A program made the translations under genes and the position numbers. Positions 42,764 through 59,629 of a stretch of DNA of 64,000 nucleotides are shown one piece after another. The stretch comes from Eledone cirrhosa (lineage: Eukaryota). Each line of letters begins with the position of its first letter. Position 1 is the first letter of the stretch. The DNA is taken from assembly GCA_964016885.1 (NCBI GenBank), contig OZ024760.1:11160001-11224000 (forward strand), read 5' to 3'. A model generated the notes under the pieces. That model had not been told where the DNA came from and searched no databases. It worked only from the letters and a program-made list of their open reading frames with translations.

Positions 42764-43160
42764 ATTACACAAAGTCTCTTCCTCTGAGTTGTATATTGTT
42801 TTTCGAATCGACATTGGAGAAAAAATAATTCTACTTTTAGTTGCGTAAAAATAATATTTCTGAAATATTCTGAAACTAAACATTTGATTTGTTATGAAAG
42901 AAGTTAATCTAGAAACTTCCGTTTTCATGACGAATTAGAATAACAAGCGATGTCAAATGAATCAGACTTATTCACTCCATTGTTACCTTTTCAACGTCTT
43001 GAGAATTAGCCAAGTTTAAATTCCGGTGTAAAATGTTGAAATCTTGTTTTTTTTCTAAATTATATAATACATTTTCGTCTCTTAACTGTTTCCTCCTTGC
43101 AGATAAAATTTATATGATGGAAGTTTCAAGTCAACATGTGAATGGACGCTAGTTTCAATC

Positions 43161-44320
43161 AGTGGATTGGCAGTATCGGTAGAGAGTCGGACACCATGCT
43201 TTGAAGCATAGAGTTACGTCCCTTTACGATCTGAGTTCAAATCCCGCCGAGGTTAAACTTTGCCTTTCATCCTTACGGGGTCGATAAAATAAAGTACCAG
43301 TAATGTACTGGGTAATTGATCTGGCCTTGTGCCAAAAAATAGAAACAATTATTATTATTATTAGTGGCGGTGGATTGGCAGTATCGGTAGAGGGTCGGAC
43401 GCCGTGCTTTGACGCATAGAGTTACGGCCCTTGTCATTCTTAGTTCAAATCCCGCCGAGGTTAACTTTGCCTTTCATCCTTACGGGGGTCGAGAAAATAA
43501 AGTACCAGGAATGCGCTGGGTAATGGCCGGCCTTGTACCAAAAGTAGAAACAATTATTATTATTATTATTAGTGTATATCTGTTTCGTCTGGATTAGCAG
43601 CACGGTAGATGGCAGCACGGTAGAGTGTCGGTACTAGTAACGCACTAGGGTAGAGTTCAACGACAATCGCCTCTCTCAAAAATTATTGGCCGTGTGACTA
43701 AATCAGAAACCATGATTATTAAAAGTCGATTAAATCAACTCCAGTACGTTACTGGTGCTTTATTTTATCATCGTTACGGAGTCAATAAAATAAAGTACCA
43801 GTAACGTACTGGGGTTGATTTAATCGACTTTTTCCTCCCCCAAATTACTGCCCTTGTGCCTATACTAGAAAACATTATTATTATTTGTGGTGATGGATAA
43901 GGGCGGTGGATTGGCAGTATCGGTAGAGGGTCGGACGCCATGCTTTTCAGCATAGAGTTACGTCTCTTTACGATCTGAGTTCAAATCCCGCCGAGGTTGA
44001 CTTTGCCTTTCATCCTTACGGGGTCGATAAAATAAAGTACCAGTAATGCACTGGGTAATTGCTGGCCTTGTGCCTAAAGTAGAAACAATTATTTGTGGTG
44101 ATGGTATTGGTGCTGTTATTTTTTACGCTTGGATTGTTAGTAATCGGTAGAGCGTCGGATAACGTGCTTTGTGGCATATGGTTATGTCCCTTTACGTTCT
44201 GAGATCAAATCACGCCGCTGTAAGGTTTGCCTTTCAACCTGATCTGGTCGATAAAATAAAGTACCAGTAATGCAGAGGGTTAATTGCTGTCCCTGTGCCA
44301 AAAGTAGAAAGAATTATTTT
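43161..44320 (+). mobile_element. Cluster of same-strand Nin/Deu-like SINEs (43161-43355, 43365-43570, 43590-43880 fragments, 43902-44092, 44140-44315)
   Basis: Repeated A box, B box, core and (att)n tails. Confidence 0.9.
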
Positions 44321-44680
44321 ATGATGGATAGGGTTCATTGTAGGGTTATGATTTATATTGACTTGAGTTCGTGGATGGTAGGAGTTCCGTTTAGGTTCGT
44401 TTACATTTTAGTTAAAGCATTCAAAGTTACACACATACATACAGAATAAAGTACCAGTAATTTACTAGGGTCTTTTTTTCTGAGTGCATAATACACTCTT
44501 CAGTATTGAAGTTAATAAGCGCTGATATTTCATTGATAAACTCTAACATGGATCAGTCCATTAGTGGATGAGTTCATTCCATACCTAATTACAAATTCCA
44601 GCACGTCAGCAATAAGGTATTTATTTGCCGTTTCGTTCGGAATCCTGACATTTCACGGCCGCGCTAGTAATGTTGCAGTA

Positions 44681-44688
44681 TGACGTCA
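44681..44688. promoter_or_regulatory. Perfect CRE palindrome TGACGTCA in a repeat-free island
   Basis: Motif only; half site cacgtca at about 44602. Confidence 0.25.
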
Positions 44689-45334
44689 CCGCAGGCGTTC
44701 AATGGTCATCCATCTTTATGTAATCGTAATTCAACAAAAAATCTACTTTATAGTCAGTAAAATAAACGGTGGAGTGAAATAGAATTCCTATGGGACCACA
44801 GTATTAATATTTCACTATTTCAATGAAGTAGCTAAGCAACGTATTCGAAACTGTCATTAAATGCAGACACATAAATAATGTTATTTTAATGAAGTATATA
44901 CAGCCGTGTGATACACCGTATGGTATCGTCTGACTAATGTGATAACAGCATGCTACCATTTTAGAGGGGATATTTAAAGTATAAACTGGTGTTTATAGCA
45001 GCGGATTAAGTGTTCGGTTATCTCAGTCTTTGCCTTTATGATAAGAAATATACTGCACCCCGACTTTACATAAAATAAACCTACATCTGTTCGTAGAAAT
45101 TATGCAATACGACACCGTCCGTCACCTCCATAAAATTAACTGTTGCAGGTTGGGTGTCGTTTGATTGAAAAGGTAAAGATTTAAAAGGCAAGGTTCATTC
45201 CTGCAACCAGTCACACGATATCATTAGACATCATGTTATGTAATAAGGTTACGTTTCCGAGGCAATCGATGTTAAAGACAAGGGGACGGACAGATATGAT
45301 GTTTCCATTGACAATGTCCATTTTCCTGTGTATG

Positions 45335-45416
<82 letters not shown>

Positions 45417-45422
<6 letters not shown>

Positions 45423-45685
45423 GGTAACACAAAAGTTAGTTCACCATACCGAGAACAATTGTTTCACTTTAGCGGATCCTCAGCTCGGACTGGTCATGGT
45501 TATACGGAACAGGAAGAACAACCGTATTTCGTATAACCATGACCAGTCCGAGCTGAGGATCCGCTAAGGTGAAAGAATTGTTCTCGGTATGGTGAACTAA
45601 CTGTTGTGTTACCACTTCTACCTAACTCGTCCCATGGACTGAGTGCTCTACCACTACGGATATTACCTTCCAGTGTTCTACCCCT
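45417..45685 (+). mobile_element. Family D fold-back element with HHRs at 45449-45488 (-) and 45548-45587 (+)
   Basis: Minus arm: ccgag-CTGAGGA-tccgctaaagt-GAAACAATTGTT-ctcgg; about 90-bp arms. Confidence 0.85.
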
Positions 45686-45719
45686 CTCTCTATATATATA
45701 TTTATCTTTATATATTTTT

Positions 45720-46050
45720 TGTGATCGGCTGGTTTGTCCACAGATCCGGTGTGGACTCTGTTGTGATAGTATTGGTCTGAGGATCAGGCAGATATGGAAT
45801 CTGGTCTGGAATATTAACCCGGATCATGAGCCGACGGTTTGTGAAACAATTGTAACGAGGACTGATCTATAAATTCTCGATGTAACACCTCCACTTTGTT
45901 CTTATTATATACACTCTGCTCTAGCATTGAGTGCTGACTTTGGTACCCTCACCAGTTTCCTTCGGATTTATTGAACCTTCTGTTCCTATATATATAGAGC
46001 AGAGTGTATATAATAAGAATAAAGGGAGGTGTTATATCAAGAATATATAT
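45720..46050 (+). mobile_element. PLE-like fragment with degenerate HHR pieces and an inverted repeat (45873-45924 / 45994-46048)
   Basis: ggt-CTGAGGA-long stem-gaatatta-acc at 45774-45820; gaaacaattgta at 45843. Confidence 0.55.
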
Positions 46051-46178
46051 ATATCACGATACATTAACGGAGCCATAGACTCTCGCTATTCCCTGTAAAT
46101 TATGTGCTAAAAGGAAAAGGAATCCTGAGCTCTTTAAAATGCAATATGTTGAAAGAGTAACACACTAGAGAGAGGGAG

Positions 46179-46259
<81 letters not shown>

Positions 46260-46393
46260 TAGTGTGCGATCAATAAAACAGGGAAAACCACCAGTGTATG
46301 GAATCTATAATCAATGGAAGGCAGGGTAGACACACAATAATTAAATATATATATATATATGAATGGCTTTCACAGGAGCCATTTCTATATTAA

Positions 46394-46663
46394 ATAATTG
46401 TTTGTACTTTTGGCACAAGGCCAGCAATTACCAGTGTATTACTGGTGCTTTATTTTATCGACCCCGTAAGAATGAAAGGCAAAGTTAACCTCGGCGGGAT
46501 TTGAACTCAGAATGGCAAGGACCGTAACTCTATGCGTCAAAGCATGGCGTCCGACACTCTACCGATACTGCCAAAATTAAATAATTGTTTCTACTTTTGG
46601 CACAAGGCCAGCAATTCACCAGTGCATTACTGGTACTTTATTTTATCGACCCCGTAAGGATGA
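46394..46663 (-). mobile_element. Nin/Deu-like SINE plus a partial tandem copy
   Basis: 46394-46574 near full length; 46580-46663 is the 3' half. Confidence 0.85.
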
Positions 46664-46771
46664 ACTGCTAAAATTAAATAATGATGTGTACAATCTACTG
46701 ACGTATTGAATACCTTCTTAACTGTGGTTACCCGCGAACTCACTCGATATCTACACACTCACATACGCACA

Positions 46772-46831
<60 letters not shown>

Positions 46832-46856
46832 TACATATATATATATATATATATAT

Positions 46857-47160
46857 ATACGATATTAACAAATGGAAACTATATTTATAAAACCATATTT
46901 ATTTCATTGTACATATTTCAAGGACACCAAGTTAAATTATGGTGTGCTTTCATGAGTGCTCTATATTATATTTTACCTGATGAAAGCACACCATAATTTA
47001 ACTTGATGTCCTTGAAATATGTATAATGAAATAAATATGGTTTTATAAATATAGTTTCCATTTGTTAATATCGTATTTTTACACCAATTATTTCTTGAGT
47101 GCTTTATATCAGTTATAAAAATATTTGCTTGTTGTATCCCAACAATTTAAATAGAACTTC

Positions 47161-47165
<5 letters not shown>
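46857..47165 (+). mobile_element. Family C fold-back element with HHR at 46969-47033
   Basis: Palindrome 46857-47076, near-identical to 36303-36508; tail to about 47163. Confidence 0.85.
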
Positions 47166-47200
<35 letters not shown>

Positions 47201-47784
47201 GAGAGAGAGAGAGAGATAAAAATCTGGTGTATTTCAGACCATAATTTCGCTATTGATTTTCAAACTGTTGATTACTAAATGCTATTCTATAACTCTATAA
47301 TCATCGTTTGAATAAATATTATTCTCTGAACATCCATCTGAAGATTGCTTTTATGATTAAAGTTAAAGTTATGAGACAACGGCTATACATCGCTGTTAGA
47401 TTAAAATAAATATATTTACTCTGCATATCGTATCAAATAGCTCTTTAGATATTCATCATGGAACTTTAAGACAGTGTTTCTCTAACAATATGGTTGATAT
47501 CTAAGTGTGTATTGCCGGAAATTGCTTTCGTATTCAACAAGATGGCAGCCGGGTATCTATTTATTGTCAAGTCTATTTAGCATCTTTTACAGAGTCCCCT
47601 AATTTTTATTTTTTATTTATTTATTTTTTGTTGATGGGTGGGTTTTTGTTTTTCAAAGTTGATCGACGGAAACTTTATGTGATTGCACGCCCTACTAGAA
47701 ATGAAAGAAGCTTGTTCCCCAAATAAACTACATGCTACCATGTTAAAAGATATAGGACACGTTCAACAATATTGTAGCCATAGA

Positions 47785-48500
47785 TAAGGGAATTATCCAT
47801 TGCCTAAGAAAAGAAATGATGGGAATGTCACGGCCGGAATGCCTTTGTTAGTAAGTCCAATCAAACATTAGGATTGACTCTGCTATAGAAAAGTTTTTTT
47901 TTAAACATTAGATTTAGAAAACAAATGAAACTTTATTTATTAAATTCAAAAACCTAAAGAACTGGATGATATAATCATAGATTCCCATTTTCTAAGAAAA
48001 CGGTGTGATTGCCACGAGTGGAACGGATTTAATAGGGAGTCTAATCAAACAGTAGGTTCGACTATGGTATGGAAAAGTTATTTTTAAGCATTAAATATAG
48101 GAGAAAAAAGAAACTTTATTAAATCTAGGAAAATATATTTATAGAGTTCAAAATCTAAAGAACTGGATAAAAGAGTCATTGTCTGAGAAAATAGTGGTAT
48201 TGTCACGACGGGAATGGCATTGTTATGAAGTCGATTCAAAAATTGGGATCTACTTTGGTTGAGGACTCTGCCTCTCACGAACCTCTGAGGAATAAGTGGG
48301 CGAAAAAGAAGACATTCAGAAGACTGAATAATTGTGTAAAATAGTCATAGATTCCCATTGTCTGAGATTAGTACAGGACAACATTGTCACGGATGGAATG
48401 TCTTTGTTGATAGGTTTAATAAATCATCAAGTTTGACCTTGTTGTAATGTAAACAAAAAGAATTGATATATAGTTTTAAAACATCAGATTTAGAAACAAA
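47785..48500. repeat. Diverged tandem repeat of about 180-200 bp (about 4 units) interrupted by an RTE tail
   Basis: cattgtctgaga...tgtcacg...ggaat motif near 47800, 47985, 48178 and 48357. Confidence 0.65.
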
Positions 48501-48769
48501 TTAATATATTAGATTTAGAAACAAATTAATATATTACATTTAGAAAATTAAATTTATTAAATTTAGAAAACTAAACCATTGTTTACAGAATAAATTAGTA
48601 GGTAAAGTTTACCAAAGAAACAACAAATAAAGATAACAATGAAATTAGATAAATGAATAAATAAATTGATTAGGAAAATATTTTTATCCAATCTGATAAA
48701 AATAAGAATTTCTATGGAGGAGACAATAACACCTATCAAATATATTGTGGCGTTCCATCAAATTAAGAA

Positions 48770-51120
48770 ACAACAACATCAACAACAACAATATCAACAT
48801 AATCATAACCATCACCACCATCACCATCATCATTAGCATCGTCGCCATTGTCGTCGTGGTCATTATCATCGCCATCATCATCAACAATAAAAGCATCCAT
48901 GACAATAGGAACAACAACAACAACAACAGCAACAACAGCAGCAGCAAAAAAAAACAACATCCTCAACAACAGTAACATCATCAACATCATCAACAACAAC
49001 AACAACTACAGCAGCAGCAGCAGCAGCAAAACCATCAAAAATCAACAGACAAAAGCAACAATAGCAGCAGTATCACCACCACCATCACCATCATCATCAT
49101 CATTATCACCACTATCATCATCATCATCATCATCATCATCGTCATCACCACCGTCATCATCATCATCATCATCATCACCATCATCATCACCATCATCACC
49201 ACCATCATCATCATCATCATCATCACCGTCATCATCATCATCATCATCATCACCATCACCGTCATCATCATCACCATCATCATCACCATCATCATCATCA
49301 CCATCATCATCACCATCACCATCATCACCGTCACCGTCATCAGTCATCATCACCGTCGTCATCATCATCAACATCAACAATGACAATGATAACAACAACA
49401 ACAGCAGCAGCAGCAGCAGCAGCAGCAAAACCATCAAAAGTCAACAGACAACAGCAACAACAACAACAGTAACAATAACAACAACAACAACAACCTCAAC
49501 AACAATAACAACAACAACAACAATAACAACATCATCATCATCATCATCATCAACAACAAAATCAACTATCACAGCAACAACATCAGCAAAACATCATCAC
49601 CGTCTTCACCATTATCATCATCATCATCATCATCATCAGAGATGCAAGCAACAATAACAGCAGTAACAACAGCAGCATCCTCAACAACAGTAAAACTATC
49701 ATCAGCAGTAGCAACAATAACAACAACAGTAACAGGTCTGAAATAGACAATATCACCGATCACAACACATTTATGCCACTCCATCAAATTAAACCACAAC
49801 AACAACAACATCAACTATAATAACAACGACAATAACAACATATCTGTAACAACAATAACAACAACAACAGTAACAACAACAACAGCAGCAGCAACAATAA
49901 CAACATATCTATAACAACAATAACAACAACAACAACAGCAGCAACAATAACAACACCACCAACAACAACACTAACAACAACAACAGCAGCAACAATAACA
50001 ATATCATCTATAACAACAACAACAACAGTAACAACAACAACAGCAGCAACAATAACAACAACAGTAACAACGACGACAGCACTAACAACAACAACACCAA
50101 CAACAGCCACACCAACAGCAACAACAACAACAGTAACAACAACAATAACAACAACTGTAACAAAAACAACAACAGTAACAACAATAATAACAACAACAAC
50201 AGTAACAACAACAATAACAACAACTGTAACAACAACAACAGTAACAACAACAATAACAACAACAACAACAACAGTAGCAACAACAATAACAACAACTGTA
50301 ACAACAACAACAGTAACAACAACAGTAACAACTGTAACAACAACAACAACAACAGTAACAACAACAACAGTAACAACAACTGTAACAACAACAACAGTAA
50401 CAACAACTGTAACAACAACAACAGTAACAACAACTGTAACAACAACAGTAACAACTAGAGCGACAGCAATGACAAAAACAACAACAGCAACAATAACAAT
50501 AACTACAACGGAAACAATAACAATGACAACAACAACAACAACACCATCTAAAACAACAATAACACCATCTACAACAACAACAACAACAATAACGTCGTCA
50601 GCAGGTCTCTCATCTACAACAACAACAACAATACCATCTACAACAACAACAACATCTACAACAACAACAACACCATCTACAACAACAACAATAACAACGT
50701 TAGCCAGTCTCTTATCTACAACAACAACAACAACACCATCTACAACAACAACAACAACAATAATAACGCCAGCCAGTCTCTCATCTACAACAACAACATC
50801 TACAACAACAACACCATCTACAACAACAACAACGACATCTACAACAACAACAACAATAACAACGTCAGCCAGTCTCTCATCTACAACAACAACATCTACA
50901 ACAACAACACCATCTACAACAACAACAACGACATCTACAACAACAACAACAACAATAACAACGTCAGCCAGTCTCTCATCTACAACAACACCATCTACAA
51001 CAACACCATCTACAACAACAACAACAACACCATCTACAACAACAACAACAATAACAACGTCAGCCAGTCTCTCATCTACAACAGCACCATCTACAACAAC
51101 AACAACAACACCATCTACAA
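48770..51120. repeat. (AAC)n/(ATC)n arrays with higher-order units
   Basis: Direct inspection. Confidence 0.9.
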
Positions 51121-51439
51121 CTAATATTTACAGACAATACAATTTTCTAAAACGTGATTAAAATATAAAAAAATATTTTCTCTTTTAGCTGTTTAATAAT
51201 TAATTGATATGAGTGTAGTGGCAGAATTTGGTAGTGAGACAGGTAGTATCGTTGTATCGAGTTACCTCCCTTTATGTGGTGGTGGTGGAAATAATATATA
51301 TATATATATATATATATATGAGTGTGTGTGTGTGTGTATGTGTATGTGTGTGCGTGGGTGTGCGCTTCACTATTATTTGCTTTATATATATATAATATAT
51401 ATATATATATGTATAAGTAACGAAGGAGCAACCATTCGA

Positions 51440-51622
51440 CCTTAGTATCGGTTGAGGGTCTGACGCCATGCTTTGACGCATAGAGTCGCGGCCCTTGCCA
51501 TTCTGAGTTCAAATCCCGCCGAGGTTAAATTTGCCTTTCATCCTTACGGGGTTGATAAAATAAAGTACCAGTAATGCACTGGGTAATTGCTGGCCTTGTG
51601 CCAAAAGTAGAAACAATTATTT
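51440..51622 (+). mobile_element. Nin/Deu-like SINE
   Basis: Slightly 5'-truncated. Confidence 0.9.
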
Positions 51623-51751
51623 TACACACTCACATATATATATAGTAATAATAATAAATTTGAAGACTAAAATCCAAAGAGGGCTCGATAAGGATAAATA
51701 TATAATCTTTAAATTTTAATTTTTATTAATTCTTTTTAATTGTAATTCTCA

Positions 51752-51797
51752 ACATTTGATAAGATAGATTTTACTAATATATCGAAACCGGTAATAC
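51752..51797 (+). ncRNA. Degenerate hammerhead relic
   Basis: ttgataa-gata..tatc-GAAACCGGTA; two core mismatches. Confidence 0.4.
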
Positions 51798-51941
51798 TTT
51801 CCACCTTTACTGAAGGTCTATCACTTCGGTGATCTGTTTTGATTTTTGAGTTAATATGTTATAAATTATTTCTTTCGGCTCTGATGAGAATACTAAGTCA
51901 CTCATTTATTTTTACTGTACTAATACCGATTTATAATCAGT

Positions 51942-52130
51942 ATGGATTGGCAGTATCGGTAAGGGTCGGACGCCATGCTTTGAAGCATAGAGTTACCTCC
52001 CTTTATGATCTGAGTTCAAATCCCGCCGAGGTTAACTTTGCCTTTCATCCTTACGGGGTCGATAAAATAAAGTACCAGTAATGCACTGGAATAATTGCTG
52101 GCCTTGTGCCAAAAGTAGAAACAAGTATTA
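51942..52130 (+). mobile_element. Nin/Deu-like SINE
   Basis: Full length. Confidence 0.9.
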
Positions 52131-52226
52131 GTATCATCTATGTACATATCCAGGATTTAGTGTTTGAAAGAAATTGTCAGACATTAAAAATATATGTATT
52201 CATAAATCACTGTTGTTCTCTCCAGC

Positions 52227-52285
<59 letters not shown>

Positions 52286-52853
52286 GAAAATATAGAAATT
52301 AATGTGAGCTAGAAGCCAACAGTATTTCATAGTATATAAGTGACTATAACGTCAAAATGGAAAATAATTAACGTAAGATGTGGGGAAAATGATTCAAACT
52401 CAATTAAAAAAAAATCAAGACAAAGATTTTATCCACAGATTTTGTGAAATCCAGAGAAAAAAACCAATAGAGTCTTAACTCAGAATAAAATAAAGTTTAA
52501 ATACTCATCCTTCAATTTGGAAAAACTACAAATGCTCTATATAGTCTTAAAAAGACTATTTCACGAAACTTTTCAGTGGCGATGGTCAAGGTTTGAGTCG
52601 TTCCTCAGTAGAGGTCAAACACGATGACCCTAAGTGCCACTGCCAACCATTTTACTAGCATCTTTTTATAAATATATATAATATATATATATTTCTATTT
52701 TACTTTTTCTTCTTGTCGCTTCCATGTTTATGTTATATTTGCAGCCATTGCTGTCCAAGTTCGCCATTTATCCCCAAAATATATAGTAGACATGCGCATG
52801 GATATCGAGATTATTAGACACCGGAAATATATGAAATACACACGCACACAACC

Positions 52854-56140
<3,287 letters not shown>

Positions 56141-56844
56141 AGAGAGTGAGTGAGAGGGGGGGGGTTCACATAGACAAGCAGAGTAGAAGAAATTACCCCT
56201 TCAGTTTCCTATTGAATTCTTCATCTCCTTAGTTGAAGCCAAACTGCTTACAAATTTCTATCCATAGAAACATGTAATTGTGTTGCTTCTCCCTGTAGCG
56301 CTAGTTTATAATGTGTATTGTGCTGCTTAATAAGAAAGGAATATGTGAAGATTTTGTACAAGTATTGTCTGGATGAACAGAGAAATTTTTCATTGAGAGA
56401 GAAAAAGGATGATCAGTTCTATTACAGATCTCATTGAATTTGATTGTGGTTTATAGGATTTCCTGTTGTGAAGCAATTCTTATAAAAACGACGTGAAGAC
56501 AACATATTTTTAAAACCTTCATCTTGGATTTTTATTTTTCATTTTTTATCTTTTGTCGGTAACGGATTTGCTCGAGATTTTCAAGTGAATATGGAACATA
56601 AATAGATAAACTTACATGGAAATGAATAGCTAGAATAATATTAAAATGATAGTAGAAAGAAACATTAGATGTTTTGACGTAGGCATAACTCCTTTGATCC
56701 TTTAATAAGCTGAATGTGGATGTGGCGATTGTTTTAGGAATTTCGACGCCATTTTTTTTTTACAATGTATAGAAATATAATGAGATAATATCGTGTTGTG
56801 AGAATGTGGACGAATATAAAACTTACTGTAGATGTAACCTTGAA

Positions 56845-57440
56845 ACCTCACGCAGATCTAAACACATCACCTAACCTAAACACCTGACCTGACCTTAAAC
56901 ACCTGATCTCATCTTAAACACCTCACCTGATATAAACACCTCACGTGGTGTAGACACACCACGCAACCAAAACGCTTCACGCTAACAAAAACTTCACGGA
57001 AAAATCCCAATTTTACGCAACTAAATACCTCACGCAAACTAAACGCCCCATGCAATTTATAACACCTCACGCAACCTTAACACTACACACATATTAAACA
57101 CTTCACGTAACTTAAACACATTGTAACCTAAACACTTCCTGTATTCTAAACATTTCACCTGACCTAAACGCATCATGCAAACTAAACAATACGCGAAACT
57201 TAAACATTTCACGGAATCTAAACACCTAAAACAACCTAAACACTTCAAACAAACTAAACACCTCACACAATCTCAACACCTCACACAACCTTAAACACTT
57301 CAAACAGACTAAACACCTCACACAAATTAAAAGCCTCGTGTAACCTAAAAACCTCACATAACCTAAACACTTCACGCACTCTAAACATTTCATGCGATCT
57401 AAACACTACATGCAACTTAAAAACCTAAATACCTCAAACT
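56845..57440. repeat. Diverged 18-bp minisatellite (taaacacctcacgcaacc-like)
   Basis: taaacac recurs about every 18 bp. Confidence 0.85.
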
Positions 57441-57779
57441 ACCAGGTAAATAGTGGAAGTTTTATTTGATATTTTTGGATCTAATATATCCAAATATTCT
57501 TTCAAATCAATCAATATTTATACCAAACACGTCATCGATAGTTAGATCGATCTATCTTTAGAATAGACTAGATTTTATTTGCACTACAAATATATCATGA
57601 AATATATTACCTTTTAGAATCACAGCTACAGTTGAACTGTTTGGTTTCCTTACTTTCACAATATATTGTCATTTAAAATTACAGGCAGTGTGCTGCCGTC
57701 GGGCTTCCATAATTTACAATATATTGTCTTTTAGAAGTACAGGAACTGCCCAAATTACGGGCTTCCATAAATTTTTCAT

Positions 57780-57838
<59 letters not shown>

Positions 57839-57905
57839 ATATACCTGTATGTAAACTCCCCATTTGTATTTGTCCTCTTCTTTTGTGCCCTTGTGGCTAA
57901 TAAAG

Positions 57906-58004
<99 letters not shown>

Positions 58005-58054
58005 CACCTATCTGTACATCTATCTAACTATTTATCTAATTATTTGCCTGTCTA

Positions 58055-58107
<53 letters not shown>

Positions 58108-58209
58108 CTATGTATATATGGTTAAAATAATATATTTCTTCATTGCACTGTGTTGTTTGCTATGGTATTTCTGTTTATTTTTACACACACACACTCACAC
58201 ATTTATGAA

Positions 58210-58286
<77 letters not shown>

Positions 58287-58408
58287 GCGAGACCAAACCA
58301 CAGACACAATACCCATTATACCCATTATACCCATTATACCCATTATGGCTGCCGTAGGAAAAGTTAATAAAACGACGAGTATGAATACATAACCAAAATA
58401 ACAAGAGT

Positions 58409-58465
<57 letters not shown>

Positions 58466-58468
58466 CTA

Positions 58469-58508
<40 letters not shown>

Positions 58509-58539
58509 TTATATATATATATAATATATTTATGTATAT

Positions 58540-58733
58540 AACGAAGGAAATGTGGTAAGGAACCAGATGGACCATAACGCACCAGAGTACTCAATACTTA
58601 GGGTAGTAGAGTGGGTAATAGGAAAATGTTTAACCCCGACGGCAGAGCTCAAGCCGTATCGATGGCTATTTCTGAGTCCAGAAATAGCCCTCGATACGGC
58701 TTGAGCTCTGCCGTCGGGGTTAAACATTTTCAT
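58540..58733 (-). mobile_element. Family B fold-back element
   Basis: Palindrome 58622-58731 plus a tail matching 11103-11185. Confidence 0.85.
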
Positions 58734-58749
58734 ATATATATATATATGT

Positions 58750-59007
58750 AATGATCAAATGTTAATAAGATTCAGTGATTACTCAATGAATATAGTTTTA
58801 CAATAGATTCAAAGCACTCAACAGAAATTTTCTGGAGTTATTGATATTATTCAAAATATTAATAAATGAAGACGTTCACATAATCAAAATATATGTTTTA
58901 TTATATACATTTCGGAGGTAATAAAAAAAACAGCACAGTACCGCCGAAATGTATATAATAAAACATATATTTTGATTATGTGAACGTCTTCATTTATTAA
59001 TATTTTG

Positions 59008-59015
<8 letters not shown>
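58750..59015 (-). mobile_element. Family F fold-back element (about 77-bp near-perfect arms)
   Basis: 58844-58920 pairs with 58939-59015; GAAATGTATATA follows the central stem. Confidence 0.8.
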
Positions 59016-59071
<56 letters not shown>

Positions 59072-59074
<3 letters not shown>

Positions 59075-59415
59075 GGAGGTGAGTTTTATTGTAGCACAAT
59101 AAAGCAATGCAAATATCGGACAAGTAGCACTCAACAGTTTATTGGACTGGAGTATATATAAGAAGAAATTAAAAGATGGTTAAAAAAGTTCCATGTATTT
59201 TATTATGCGCATTTCAAAAACAAATATCATCCAGGGACGATATTTGCGTTCTCATCAGATGAAATAGGGAGACATAATATTAAGCTTCATATCATGTCTC
59301 CCTATTTCATCTGAAGAGAACGCAAATATCGTCCCTGGATGATATTTGTTTTTGAAATGCTCATAATAAAGTACATGGAACTTTTTTAACCATCTTTTAA
59401 TTTCTTCTTATATAT
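59072..59415 (-). mobile_element. Family E fold-back element with HHRs at 59196-59266 (-) and 59303-59373 (+)
   Basis: Minus arm: tatttcat-CTGATGA-long stem II (gcaaatatcgtcc/ggatgatatttgt)-GAAATGCGCATA-ataaaata; about 120-bp arms. Confidence 0.85.
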
Positions 59416-59629
59416 ATATTATATATTATATAATACTATCAGCATCTGTAAACATGTTAGGGAGAATACCTGAAATAGGATGTGAAACAAATGAAACTAA
59501 AAATAGAAATAAAATAACTGCACACAGCCAAGGCGCAGAGAACTACGCTCGCTTGTAAAAATGAAGACAGAGAAATAGTGTAAATAGAACAACTCTCTGG
59601 GTAAATAGGCGATAACAGCTATAGTTTTA

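Noticed and set aside
50469-51161. Mucin-like Thr/Ser ORF (also 17214-18494 and 41046-42092)
   Set aside because: Translation of (ACA/ACC)n arrays; no signal peptide, domain or splice evidence
57057-57266. Cys-periodic ORF resembling an LRR or zinc-binding repeat
   Set aside because: The six-residue period comes from the 18-bp minisatellite
58310-58346. Telomere-like repeat (cccattata)n
   Set aside because: Four copies of a 9-mer, not TTAGGG
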